Shown one piece after another: positions 1 to 10,904 of a stretch of DNA of 64,000 nucleotides; position 1 is the stretch's first letter, and each line of letters starts with the position of its first letter. The notes beneath the pieces are model-generated. The model saw nothing but the letters and a program-made list of their open reading frames with translations. It ran no database searches and was not told where the DNA came from. The position numbers and the translations under genes are program-made. The stretch covers positions 4,107,061-4,171,060 of the forward strand of contig MU058423.1 of assembly GCA_013265495.1 (NCBI GenBank). The letters are read 5' to 3'. Source of the DNA: Vicugna vicugna (lineage: Eukaryota).

Positions 1-199
1 ACCCACCCTCATGCGGGGGAGGGCGGCTTCCTAGGGTCTCCATCTCTTCTCCTTCCGGCTCTGCTTCCTGTCAAACCTACGCTACTTCCCTAGCGTGTAT
101 CTTGCAAGGGGAAAAATCACCCTTAACACCTTACGTGGAGGATGTTAGGAAGTGCGCTTCCCTCTTGGCTGTAAGTAAGTAATGTTTCTACAAGAGAAA

Positions 200-485
200 A
201 GAAGACAGCGCGGGAAGGGCGGGGAGGACAAGGTTTATCAGACAGAATACGTGCCAGTGAGGAGGGCCTGCGCTGGAGTGTTAACATGGACCGGACAGGA
301 AGGCCCGCCGCCGGCAAGGCCGGCGCAGGTGCACCCCCCGGGCCCGCCTCGGCGGCGGCGCGCAGGCAGGGCCGGGGACCCGCGCCAAGGAGCGGACCGC
401 CCGCGCTGCTTCGGCAACGCCGGCGGCGCTGGGGGAAACGGCTCCTGCACAGAGACGCCGGGGATTAAGGGAACCCGGGACCCCT
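200..485. promoter_or_regulatory. Orphan CpG island / GC-box-rich element
   Basis: Dense CpGs (gcccgccgccggc, cggcggcggcgcgc, cgccggcggcgc) and a GC box (gggcgggg) near 217; no coding exon recognised. Confidence 0.65.
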
Positions 486-2906
486 CTGGAATTATTTCCA
501 TGGGGGAAAATCCAAAATGAAAGACATTTAGGCAACTCTAATAGTTATAAAAAGTACAGTTTAAAAGACTTGACTCCGCCTATGAATCTCAGTTATAAAA
601 GCCGTATCTCCCATGCATGCATCTTAATCGACTCCCGACTTCTGTTTAGGGATGTGTTCATACATTCAACAAAAATGTAACAAACATTGTGGTGAGCCAC
701 TTCAGATGTACCTTTGATAGGCCAAGGAGGTGGGGACAGATGATAAATAAAATATATATTAAATAAGTAAAGTATACACTTTAGAAGATGAGAAGCACTA
801 TAGCAAAACAAAAAAAAATAGAGTAAAGGGAATGGCAGGGGTGGAGGTGCTTGACATTTTAGGTTTAATGAACAGGGTGCGGCTTATGGAAAAGCTGAGG
901 GCTTAAAGGCAGTATGGGAGGATTCCATGAACATATTTGGGAAAAAAGTGGTTCAGGCAGAGAACACAGCAGAGCAAAAGCTCGAATTGGAAGTGGGCGT
1001 AGCTTGTTCCGACGAAGAGCAAGGGGGCCTGTGAGGCCGGAGCAGAGAGCAGGGGTGCGGTGGGGGGTCGGCAGAAGACTGAGGGGCTGTGGCATCTCAC
1101 CTTAAGCCCATTGCGAGGACTGGTTTTTATGGTGATGGCATCACAGTGGCGGTCACCAGGAGAGTGCTCTCTTTCCACTGACATAGGGTTTCTGGGAGAC
1201 CAGCAAACCACAGTTCTTGCTGCCACTGCAGCGGAGGCCTTACCTGCTGTACACATCACGGTGCTGCGTGTGAGCTCACAGTGGTCAGCTATCTTGCAGC
1301 AGCTTCTGAAGAATCACTGTGATGCAACCGCTCTAACTGTTCAGCTCCAAACAGGCTTTTTCTCTCTGCATTGCAATCTCCCCACCTCTATTTGTCCTAG
1401 CACTAGGCGGTAACATGCTGAGTGTGAAGAATGCGGGATTCCCAGTCAGAGATCACGGATCTGCCAACTCCATCACTTCGGTTAGTCTTAGACCTTTCTT
1501 TTCTTCAGATGTTAATGAGACAGATCAAACCCTATTCAGCTCACCGCACAGGGTGGGCGGATGTGAACATCATGCAAGGCAGCTCTTAGAGGGGGAAGAG
1601 AAGGGAAGTAACATGTCAGCCACCCAGTGCAAACCAGGCAATGGAAGGCTGGGAGCTTGGCGTGATTTATTTCTTCCAGTAAAAGAAAACCTGTTGAACT
1701 CTGAAAAATATACAAATACAACTTTTTTTCCTTAAGTTGATAAAAATAATTAGGTTATTGCTCTGAAGATTTTCTGTGTATGTGTGTTTGTGTGTGTGTG
1801 TGAGATAACCCTAGGAGCCCCAGGATTAAGGCAAAAACAAGAAACTTGTGTATTTTTACAAGAATGGAAATGTAATTACATTGTAGAGAGTAAACTCCTT
1901 GAAGATAAAGTCTTTATCTTATTGATCTAGTCATGCCTAACAGCAGTGCCTTGTGGAATAAAGAATGGATAAATGAGAGTTGATACAGAATAATGAACAG
2001 ACAATAAATGAATAAAGAATGGCTGCACAGACGGATGGACAGATTCATGACTCTCCATGGGTCATAGTGAAGTTTTTTCTTACTTTGTTAATAAATGGCT
2101 TTGTCACTTAAGGGGGCCTCTCTGGCTTAGAAAATTATTTTTTGACTTAAAGAATGAGAATTATTAAAAAAAAAATAGTTGCCGACTATATGGAACGTCG
2201 GAAGAGGAGACACTGTAGTGTCTGCACCACGGATTTCAGTGGAGGCCACGCTGAACACCGTACTTCAAGGTGAGCTGAAGTCAAGGCCAATGCATTTCTC
2301 CTTCAGCAAAGTTCCTCTTTCAAAGCCTCAGTAAGACCGTGAAAGGCAGCATCTGAGTCCGTTTCTCACGTGCAGAATGCGAGGGAATTTCCCCCACCTA
2401 CTGCCTTCTCACCTTCTTTCTCTTCAGCCTCTTCACTCTGCCTTTCAGCTTTTCTCCTCTTCTTTTAATTACTGACATACGGCACCCTTTACTGTTACAT
2501 TTGCTCCTTCCATGGTACATCAGCTTATTTTGCTTTTCCTGAAGACGTCCATGTGGCGATCTCTTTGGCCTGTTTGAATCCTCTGAATGTCTCTTGCTCT
2601 GCTCCCCTACATTTCTTCTCCATTCTTCGTTCTCCTGATCAGTTTTACATGTTAATCTCTTCTACCCAACCCTGTGTTGCAGCCGTACCCGCCAGTATCT
2701 CTCATAAAGAAGTTTCTGTTGGTCTATAACTTGGTGAATCCTTATTTCAAATGTTTGTGTTTTCTGCCTCCCTTTATTTTTAATGCTTAATGAGAATATT
2801 TTTATCTATTTTAGTGGATAGTTGAAGGAAACATATTAGTCTTACTGTCTCTGAGAAAAGAATAAATATTATAAGCTTTGGAATTAACCTCATAAATCAG
2901 AAAGTA

Positions 2907-2996
2907 GAGGGGAGGGTATAGCTCAGTGGTACAGCACATGCTCAGCATGCACAAGGTCCTGGGTTCAATCCCCAGCACCTCCATTAAAAAAAAAAA
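2907..2996 (+). mobile_element. tRNA(Ala)-derived SINE, camelid vic-1 type
   Basis: GGGGAGGGTATAGCTCAGTGGT...GGGTTCAATCCCCAGCACCTCCA has A and B boxes and tRNA-Ala(AGC) similarity, followed by an A-tail. The target-site duplication (TSD) AGAAAGTA is at 2899-2906 and 2997-3004. Confidence 0.9.
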
Positions 2997-4739
2997 AGAA
3001 AGTAAGGCTTACATGGGTCTAGATGTCAAGAAAGCTTGGGGCTATATTTTTGGGATGACCTGAGATGAAAATGGGCCAAATCTTCTATGTTCCTATTGAA
3101 CCAGGGGTGAATTATGGAGTTTCCAGGCCCCTTTAAAGATCCTCTGTGCAGTCAGACCCCGGGAGGGCCGGGGGGGACCTGGTGTGGTTAACTGGACATG
3201 CCATACGGATAATGTGCGCACTTGCTAATAATGACCAGTGCCCTGAAGCACGATCAGTGATGACCACTTTGGTTCTATTTAAATCTTTAATCGCTGGAGG
3301 TGAAGAAAAATAAATGACTCTCTCCAGGCCAACCTGCTTTCAGCCAGTCACTGTTAAATCTGTTGTTATCTTTCTCCATCGTGTGGCTTTCCTTCCTCAT
3401 TTAAGCTATTGATCCCGAAGTCAGAAGTGAAAATCAGGTCAGGAAAGGTGGAGGAGGTTCGTTGCCTCTCTGAATGCCCCTTGCGTGTGCCCAGCGAGGG
3501 TGCAGCAGCTACACTGAGGGAGGATATAGTGGAGCTGGACCCACTCGGTGCTTTGGTGACACCCAGCGATGGAGAACGTCCAGTGTAGGAGCGTTCTCAT
3601 CCCCTGGGTTTCTTGCTCCTCTTCCCCTCCATTGTCCCCGTGAGAGGCCTCATCAAAAAAAGTGCATAACAACCAAGAGATGAGTGTGGACAATAAAGCT
3701 CACAAGGCATTTTGACCAAAAATGAGAAAGATTAAAAAAAAAAAAGGCATGAGGGATGAAAGAAAACATATGTATATTAACTGTGGTTGTTTCTGGGTAG
3801 GAGAAGCTTAGGAATCACTAAATTTACTTTTCATCTTTTAGTTCACCAGTATTTTCTCTATTTTTCTTCAATTAAAAAAAACTTATGTAATTGTATAATT
3901 AAAAATAGTAACATTTGATCATTAGTCTCTGGAAAATCAGTGGCTCATAATTTCATAAACAATATTTTTAAAGAAAATATGGTAACTTTTTTTAAAAAAA
4001 GGAATGTAGTAAAAGCTGTTGAAGTACCATTAACTTCTTATTAATGTTCAAGTGACCCTAGCAATTTTAATTGCTTGGAACAAAACCTTTGCAAGTCATA
4101 GGTGAGACTGAAGAATGCAGCTGTATGTTGCGATGCTAAGTGTATTGGCTTTAGGGTAATCTGTGCAATTCTAAGACACGTTGATTTATGAACTAATTAA
4201 TGGCACACAACAAAAATACTTATAGGAACTTGCTCTCCCCTCCTGCCTGAAAAACCTCCAAACAACAGGAAAATGAGTTTTGCATGTTAGAAAATTAAAT
4301 TCAATATATATTTATGAGGCCATTCAAAATGTGGAGCCCTTTATACTAAGTCCCGAGTAAGCAGAAATGTCCATGTATCAAAAGCTAATTGTGTCAGAGT
4401 CTAAGGCTTGGGGAATAAATTAAGTCTTAAGCTACAAAAGACATTAGACATTAATTTTAAGGCTTATTATAGCTCTGATGATACAGGCATTAATAAATCC
4501 AACAGGAAGAAAGAATAAGGCAAAATGACAAATAAGACATACCTATTGGTTTTCTTGGGCAAAATGTTGATTGTTGATAATTCATTTAAAGTTTCACGGA
4601 TATTTCTGCACTCTAGGGTCATTGTTCCAGCAGCTTGCTAAGAGTGACTGAATAGGGTACTGAATATTTTATAGATTTTTGATGTCCACTTCTTGTTTCT
4701 GAGCTGGGGAGGAAACGGAGAGGATTTGATACTATGTAA

Positions 4740-5860
4740 AACATTCAACATTCATCCTACAAACACTTGAGCACTTGGTATGATAAAGTGGTATTACAGG
4801 CTGTGGGTAAAGTGTGACGGGCATTCAGGAGGGAGAGATTATTTCAAGCTGGAAAGAGAAGATTATTTTTAGAACCAATATAAAAATATCTGTAGGACTT
4901 ATAAAATACAAAAATGTGGTTAGTAAAGCTTCCAGGATAAGGCAGCGGTGTGAACAAAGACACAGGGATGGGAAAATGTGGGCCAAGTGGAAATATTAAG
5001 TAACATAACTGTGTGATACCATAAGGTTCCTGAAGGCACACAGTGGAGAGAACTCTGGAAGGTTGGTAAGAGTTAGGTAATGGTTAAGCCAAAAAAGCTG
5101 GACTTTATATGCTAGGCAATGCTGTTATTGAATCAATTTTTACTGAGCACCTACTCAAAGGGTGGCCCTATGTATAAAATATGCTACTTACTTTCAAGGA
5201 AATTTCCGTCTCCTCAGGGTAATATCACAATGCAAAAAGCAATTACAGAACAAAAGGGAAAATTCACAGTGAGAGGTGAGCAGAGAGTCTAGGATGACTA
5301 GGTTTTCCAGCCTGAGGGACTAGAGGAATTAAGTTGCCTTTAGTAGAAATAAGACATGAAGTAGAAGAAGTGAGTTGAGGAGGAAAGAAGAATTTGGTCC
5401 AGGAGCTGATTACAATTGAAGAATTCAGGACAGCGTTCAGAGCTTAGGAATCACCTATGTCCACTTATGGTGGCTGAAGAAAATGATGACCGGGAGAAGA
5501 GGGCTGGGGGTAGAAGCACAGTCACACATTTAAGGACAGCAAAGGAAGAGTGGACAATAAAGGCGCAAAGGAGGGCGTGTGGCTGTGTCAAAGAAGCTAA
5601 AGGAGAAGGGACTCTCTGGAACAAAAATGTATAAAACACGGTAGAGACACTGAGAAAGATGAGGATGAAAAAAAATCCCAGTAGAGCTGAAATTCAATAA
5701 CCACACTGGAACTTTTCAAGGAAGGGGTTTCACGGAAGACGTTTGAGAGCAGAGAATAGATCTTTAAGGGGCAGAGAGAGAGAGGCGGTGAGATTCCGGA
5801 GGCAATGGGCATGGACAGCTTTTTAAAGACATTCGTCAGTGAAAGAAATGGCAAACTCGT
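4740..5860 (-). mobile_element. Degraded L2 fragments
   Basis: cattcatcctacaaacacttgagcac and tttactgagcacctact, plus purine-rich L2-like segments (ggatgactaggttttccagcctgag, ggacagctttttaaaga). Confidence 0.6.
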
Positions 5861-7517
5861 CTGGAAACAAAAATAAGAATAAAATACAAATAAAACTTTG
5901 AAATTTCTATAGGCTACTGACTGATCATGGTAATAACTGCAATTAGTGATGCAACATCAAGGTTAAAAGTTTGGGCGGTGGGATCAGACTGGCCTGGACT
6001 TGAGTCCCAGCTTGTCAGTAACACGTTTTGTGACCACATCCTTCTAGACAGTTTTTTCTTGATCTGGCCCCTGACTGCCGGTTTGACCTCACCGAGTACA
6101 GTCCTGTCCTTTGCCTCCTATGCCTCAGTCACACTGAGGGCTTACAGTAGAGGGCTCAGTAAAGAAGAGTTGTGAATAGCCCTTTAGATGCAGAGAGTCT
6201 TTGACCAGGGACTGGAGTGGGCAAGAGAATTTCTGGTCTCAGACTTCAAAGGGTTTGCTGACTATTCTTTTCCAGCTGATGTCTATGTTTGAGGTGATAG
6301 TGGGCAAGGCAGCATCTGAAGATGCAGGGAATTTATCTTAAGACGAAGGCAAGTCCTCGCCCAGTCGTGAGAATAGAGAGAGGGCTGGCAAGGCATTCCC
6401 TGCTGTTTCCATCCTTATGACTGAATGTGGTGCTGCCCAGAGAGCACTGGGACCCTCGTCTCCCCAGCCCTACCTGTGAGCACGTGCAGGCAGTACCCGA
6501 CCACTGCAGGGCATGCGTGGGTTCCCATACTGCTGTGCGACGATGGCAGTCCTTCCCCCGCATTAAGCCTTTAGGTCAGTATCTACGCCTTCGGAATGTA
6601 AATGCATTTTTCCACCAAACTATGTGTCCAGGATTGGGCCAGATGGCAAGATAGGAGATTGTACCAATAAAGATTTCAGAAGCACCCAGTATCTATGAAG
6701 TACATCATTGTTTTAAAAAGTAAAGGTATTTTTTTTTTCTAACACAAATTCTTGGCAGTCATGGCTGCAGGGGACGAGGCTGGGCTTAACCTGGACAGTG
6801 GAGCTGCAGTGATGCTTCTGCACACGCTCTAAGCCCACTCTGTTCTTAGACAATTTAGGGAGATGCAAGCAACTTACTAGTCACCAAAGCTGGAGAACAC
6901 CCTGCGACTTTCTAGGTCATTACTCCTGTGATGAATTGTTGCATTTAAGTGTTTCACTGGAATGCATCCTCCTCATTAAAAGAGATGTTACTAGGAGGAT
7001 GTCATTATAGGGCCCAGGGAACAACAGTTTCAAAGCTGGCTTTTTAGCCAAGTGCATCCTTGGTCCCCCTTGTGCTGGTCATCTATGACTGACTTTAGCC
7101 ATTTTTACATAGCACTTGTCTAATCACCTTATAAAACGTAGATAAAGTTGTACTAAATATCACACATGGCATCCCAGAGAAACACAGCAAGGATATCTTA
7201 AAGAGTCAGACTTGGTGTCAAGAAAAGATATGCGTGACTCATGGCAAAGAACTCAAAGTCCATGTGAGGACTGAACGTGTTGCCCAGAACCCCAGTTTGA
7301 GTCTTAAACCTGGCCCTCTCACAGGGAGCGTCCACCTGACCAAGAAAAAGAATGTTGTCTTGTAGGAGCAAAAGTCTTCTCTCGGAACCTTAACAACTCA
7401 GATATAGATCCAGATCTTCAGTGGGAAGACAGGTCTGTGGGGACTTGTATCTTTCTTTTGCTTTTGCTTTTCAGGGACAGCTTGTCTCATTGACCGTTTA
7501 TGACATCAGGAGACACA

Positions 7518-8330
7518 TCTATTCATTCACAAATATTCACTGGTCACCTGCATTGCATGGGACACTGTTCCAAGCACTGGAGACAGAACAGAAAATGAAA
7601 CAAAGCCCTGATCTCATGTAGTCTAAATGCTAGTGGGGGAGTCAATGTAGGTAAATGAGTAAATGTATGTAAACTGATGTGTAGGCAGCGCTAAGTGATA
7701 TGAAGAAAAATAAAACAGAGGAAGAATATAGTAAAAAGGCCGGCAGCTTGGTCAAAGTCTCTTTAAGGAGATGATATCTGACATTCATATGTGGAATCTA
7801 AGAATAAGAAAAAAGAGGACACTAACGAACTCATCTACAAAACAGAAACAGACTCGCAGGCATAGTAAACAATCTTATGGTTACCGGCGGAAAGGGGATG
7901 GGAAGGGATAAATTTGGGAGTTTGATATTTACAAATGTTAGCCACTATGTATATAAAAAATAGATTAAAAAACCAAATTTCTTCTGTATAGCACAGGGAA
8001 CTATATTCAATATCTTATAATAACGTTTAATGAAAAAGAATCTGAAAAAGAATGTATGTATGCATATGCATGACTGGGACATTGTGCTGTGCACCAGAAA
8101 TGGATACATTGTAACTGACTGTACTTCAAGTAAAAAAAAAAAGATATCTGAGCAGAGGCCTCAGCGAGATAAGGAATAAATTATGTGGAAACTAGGAGGA
8201 AACTGTTCTAAGGCAAAGAAAACATCGAAAGCAAAAACCCTGAGATATGAATATTTGTATGTTCAAGGAACAGGTAAGGAGTCTAGAGGGACAGAGCAGA
8301 ATGAGTGTGGGGGCAGTGACGGCCAGGGAT
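7518..8330 (-). mobile_element. L2 3' fragment, interrupted by the L1 at 7782-8142
   Basis: Begins with attcattcacaaatattcac (reverse of the L2 tail), and L2-like purine-rich sequence resumes after the L1. Confidence 0.7.
7782..8142 (+). mobile_element. 5'-truncated L1 (3'UTR end, artiodactyl/camelid type)
   Basis: Typical L1 3'UTR motifs (atatgtggaatcta, aacagaaacagactc, ctgtatagcacagggaactatattcaatatctt) and an A-tail. A 9-bp TSD GATATCTGA is at 7773-7781 and 8143-8151. Confidence 0.9.
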
Positions 8331-8489
8331 GGACAGAGCTTCTCAAAGCCCTTATCCCCACGAGCACGACACGCCTGGGGTTTTCCTGCTGTTCCTTGGC
8401 AGTCTTTCCTCCGTGAGGACAGCAACTGTGTTATCTCCACCTATTTATCTCATGTGGTAGTAACCATGCCCGACACATGGTTAAGTCCA

Positions 8490-8700
8490 AAACAGGCTTT
8501 GGAGTCAGAAAGTCTTTATTGCAAATCCCACTTCACTACTTAGTATCTTTACACCCCGGGTAAAACATTTAAACCCCTTAAGCATCAGTTTCCATATTTG
8601 GATAGAGACTAAGAATCCCAAACAAGAAGGTTGTCATGTGGACGAAATGCAACACACCATGTAAAGAATCCCTTAGCCCTGAGCCTGGGATGGTGCGTGG
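8490..8700 (+). mobile_element. MIR SINE
   Basis: aggctttggagtcaga...aaatcccacttcactacttag...aagcatcagtttcc...catgtaaag. Confidence 0.7.
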
Positions 8701-9217
8701 TCAGTCCATGGTGGCTACAGGTGGGTTATAGGTGGGGGACAGGGGCTACAGAACTTGTCTTAGGGACAAGATGCTGTTCTTCACTTGCAATACTTGGAAA
8801 ATTTGCATGGCAGATGATAAATAGTTTGGGGGCTGCTCTTTCTAGTTTATTACTTCTTGAAAATCTAACAAGACTCCTTTACAAATGAGCTCCCTTAATG
8901 GCCATTGCATGGATCATAAACTAAAATGCTGCTTAGAATAGCGTGTGGTCTTTGGAAGATATCTTTTACCTGGTTCCAGGTGCTGGCCAGAGTGCTGGGG
9001 CTGGGTTCTACTTTCAGTTGTAACCGGTTCCCCTTGCTCCCTGGCAGGTCTGAGGGAGAGACAGGTCTTCCAGTGTTTTCACAAGTAGTCCATATCCCTG
9101 CTCTCCATGTCAGCAACTAATACATTGCGTGGTAACTGCTGACTTACAGGGTTAGACTGAAAGCCACTGGATGGCATTCAGATGACTTCTTGACGTCCGT
9201 TACTGAATCCCTACCAC

Positions 9218-10904
9218 CTGAGGTGCGTGACTGTAAAGCTAACGTGCTTAGGGCTTCAGACTCCCAGCTTGCACTGGGACTGTCCCTTTACTTGCAGGGT
9301 CTTTAACAAAAGTTCACATGCCCATTTGTTTTTGGTAAACTTTACATAAGTGAAATATTTTAACCACAATCAGTTAAATTTACAGGTCCTTCCCCACCGA
9401 CTTTCCCTCTGTCACACTCTCCTTCCTGTTCAGATGTGTTCATGTGGCCAGCAGTGATTTTTGAATCCAGCTAAAGGAGAGCTGGGTTGCATATATATTC
9501 AATTTTAGTTTAATGAGGTATGTTTATGTGGTTCACACTCGCTTTTTTGTATCACTAAGCTATCGCTTGCTGATCCAGTCTAAGAAAGGCTTCCAGACAG
9601 AACCCTACTCCTTCCGGAGCTCACTCATCTGGGGTTGGGATATAATGATGAAGGACCAGAGGTTGTGCTTTGAAATGAGTGTGTTCCTATGGCGTCAAGC
9701 AAGAGGAGGTATGGGAGCAGCAGAAGAGAAACAAGGTTTGAACTAGATGGTGCCAGAAGTTTGTCTATGAAATATTCTTCCAGTCACCAGCTGTATAAAA
9801 TCGTAGAAGGTTCGGGTCTCATTGCTGGAAACAAATCAAATGAGAATTCTCTCCTTGATAAATGTTTTCCCAAATTTGATAGCAATTCTGAAATTTTATA
9901 TTACACAACCAACCATGAGTTGTGAAGCTGAAAAAAATCATTTCAAATTTGCCAATTATTGGAAACTAATTTTGATCAGTGATGCTGAAGGAAAGACTAA
10001 ATTATCTCTCCTTTCTGTCCACAGAAAACATAAAATTGTTGTCCTTGGAAAGGTGATCAAGGAATATGCAGCCAAAAATTGTCAGGAAAAGATAATATAA
10101 AGATGTGGTAGGTAGTCAATTAATAAAGATATGTTATTTTTCTGGATTTTGTGATGCTTATGGTGACTGTTGGCTTTAACATTTTTTTCAGTTGTGTTTT
10201 TTCTACTGTCCTACTTACGTACTCCCTTTTTGACTTAGTTTCACATTCTTTTCTTAAAACTATACAAGCTTCAGGATCCACAAAACTGGATCTGTAATGG
10301 AACAGGACCCTATGGGGCCTTCCTGGGACAGATGCCCCATGTCCTCTACCTGCCTTTTGTCTGTAGAAAACTTTAGCCTCCTAGGCCTTCCCCAAGTTCC
10401 AAAGAATACATTTAGTCAGAGAAATGATGAAATGGTCAAGCAAGACAAAATAATAATTGTTTAGCCATTAAACAAAGTTAGGGACCTTTAGTTCCTCTTC
10501 AGTGGCTGTAGGTAATACTCTGAGCCGAGTCCTTTCCGCTGTTATGCGAAGACTCAAACCCCCACCAGGTGGAAGAAGTTAATTGCATGCTGCCCACGAG
10601 CACATAGCAGATCCCAAACCAGCTGGAAACAGAAAGTTGATAATGTTGACTGTGGAACACCACCAGCCTATCAGAAGAACGTCCATGAGCTGATCATGTA
10701 CCTCACAAGCCCCCTCCCTCACCCTGTCTTTAAAAATTTTTTTCCCTGAAAGCCATCGAGGAGTTCAAGCATCTTGAGCACGGGCTACCTGAACTCCTTG
10801 CTTGGTGCCCTGCAGTGCCTGTGGCACTTCCCTCCACCACAGCCCCGTGTCGGTGCACACGGGCAAGGGGACGCAAGTTTGACTCAGTGACAGATCTACT
10901 CCTG
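9218..10904 (+). mobile_element. Internally deleted hAT-Tip100 (Zaphod-like) DNA transposon with transposase C-terminal remnant
   Basis: Region 9860-10090 translates across a frameshift to VFPNLIAILKFYITQPTMSCEAEK / SVMLKERLNYLSFLSTEN / VIKEYAAK, resembling the hAT dimerisation domain. Termini are Zaphod-like (aagcttcagg..cacaaaactggatc..cctg). A degenerate 8-bp TSD is CCTACCAC (9210-9217) / CCTACTGC (10905-10912). Confidence 0.8.
10293..10892 (+). mobile_element. ERV1-class solo LTR (600 bp)
   Basis: Starts TGTAA and ends TGACA, with a 4-bp TSD GATC at 10289-10292 and 10893-10896. It has a TATA-like tttaaaa near 10730 and ERV1-like U3/R/U5 composition. Confidence 0.88.

Noticed and set aside
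125..160. PYVEDVRK-like frame resembling the VAV3 C-terminus (TYVEEDE); VAV3 is the expected neighbour by synteny
   Set aside because: The upstream SH3 residues (GWFPST) are absent and there is no stop at the expected place, so this is a chance similarity.
123..535. Overlapping ORFs in the CpG island
   Set aside because: Low-complexity Pro/Arg/Gly/Ala ORFs are expected from GC-rich DNA; no recognisable protein.
2909..2983. Functional tRNA-Ala gene
   Set aside because: The A-tail, TSD, altered 5' end and CpG-decay substitutions indicate a SINE.
9822..10100. Intact transposase or domesticated hAT gene
   Set aside because: Only a short frameshifted C-terminal remnant is present.
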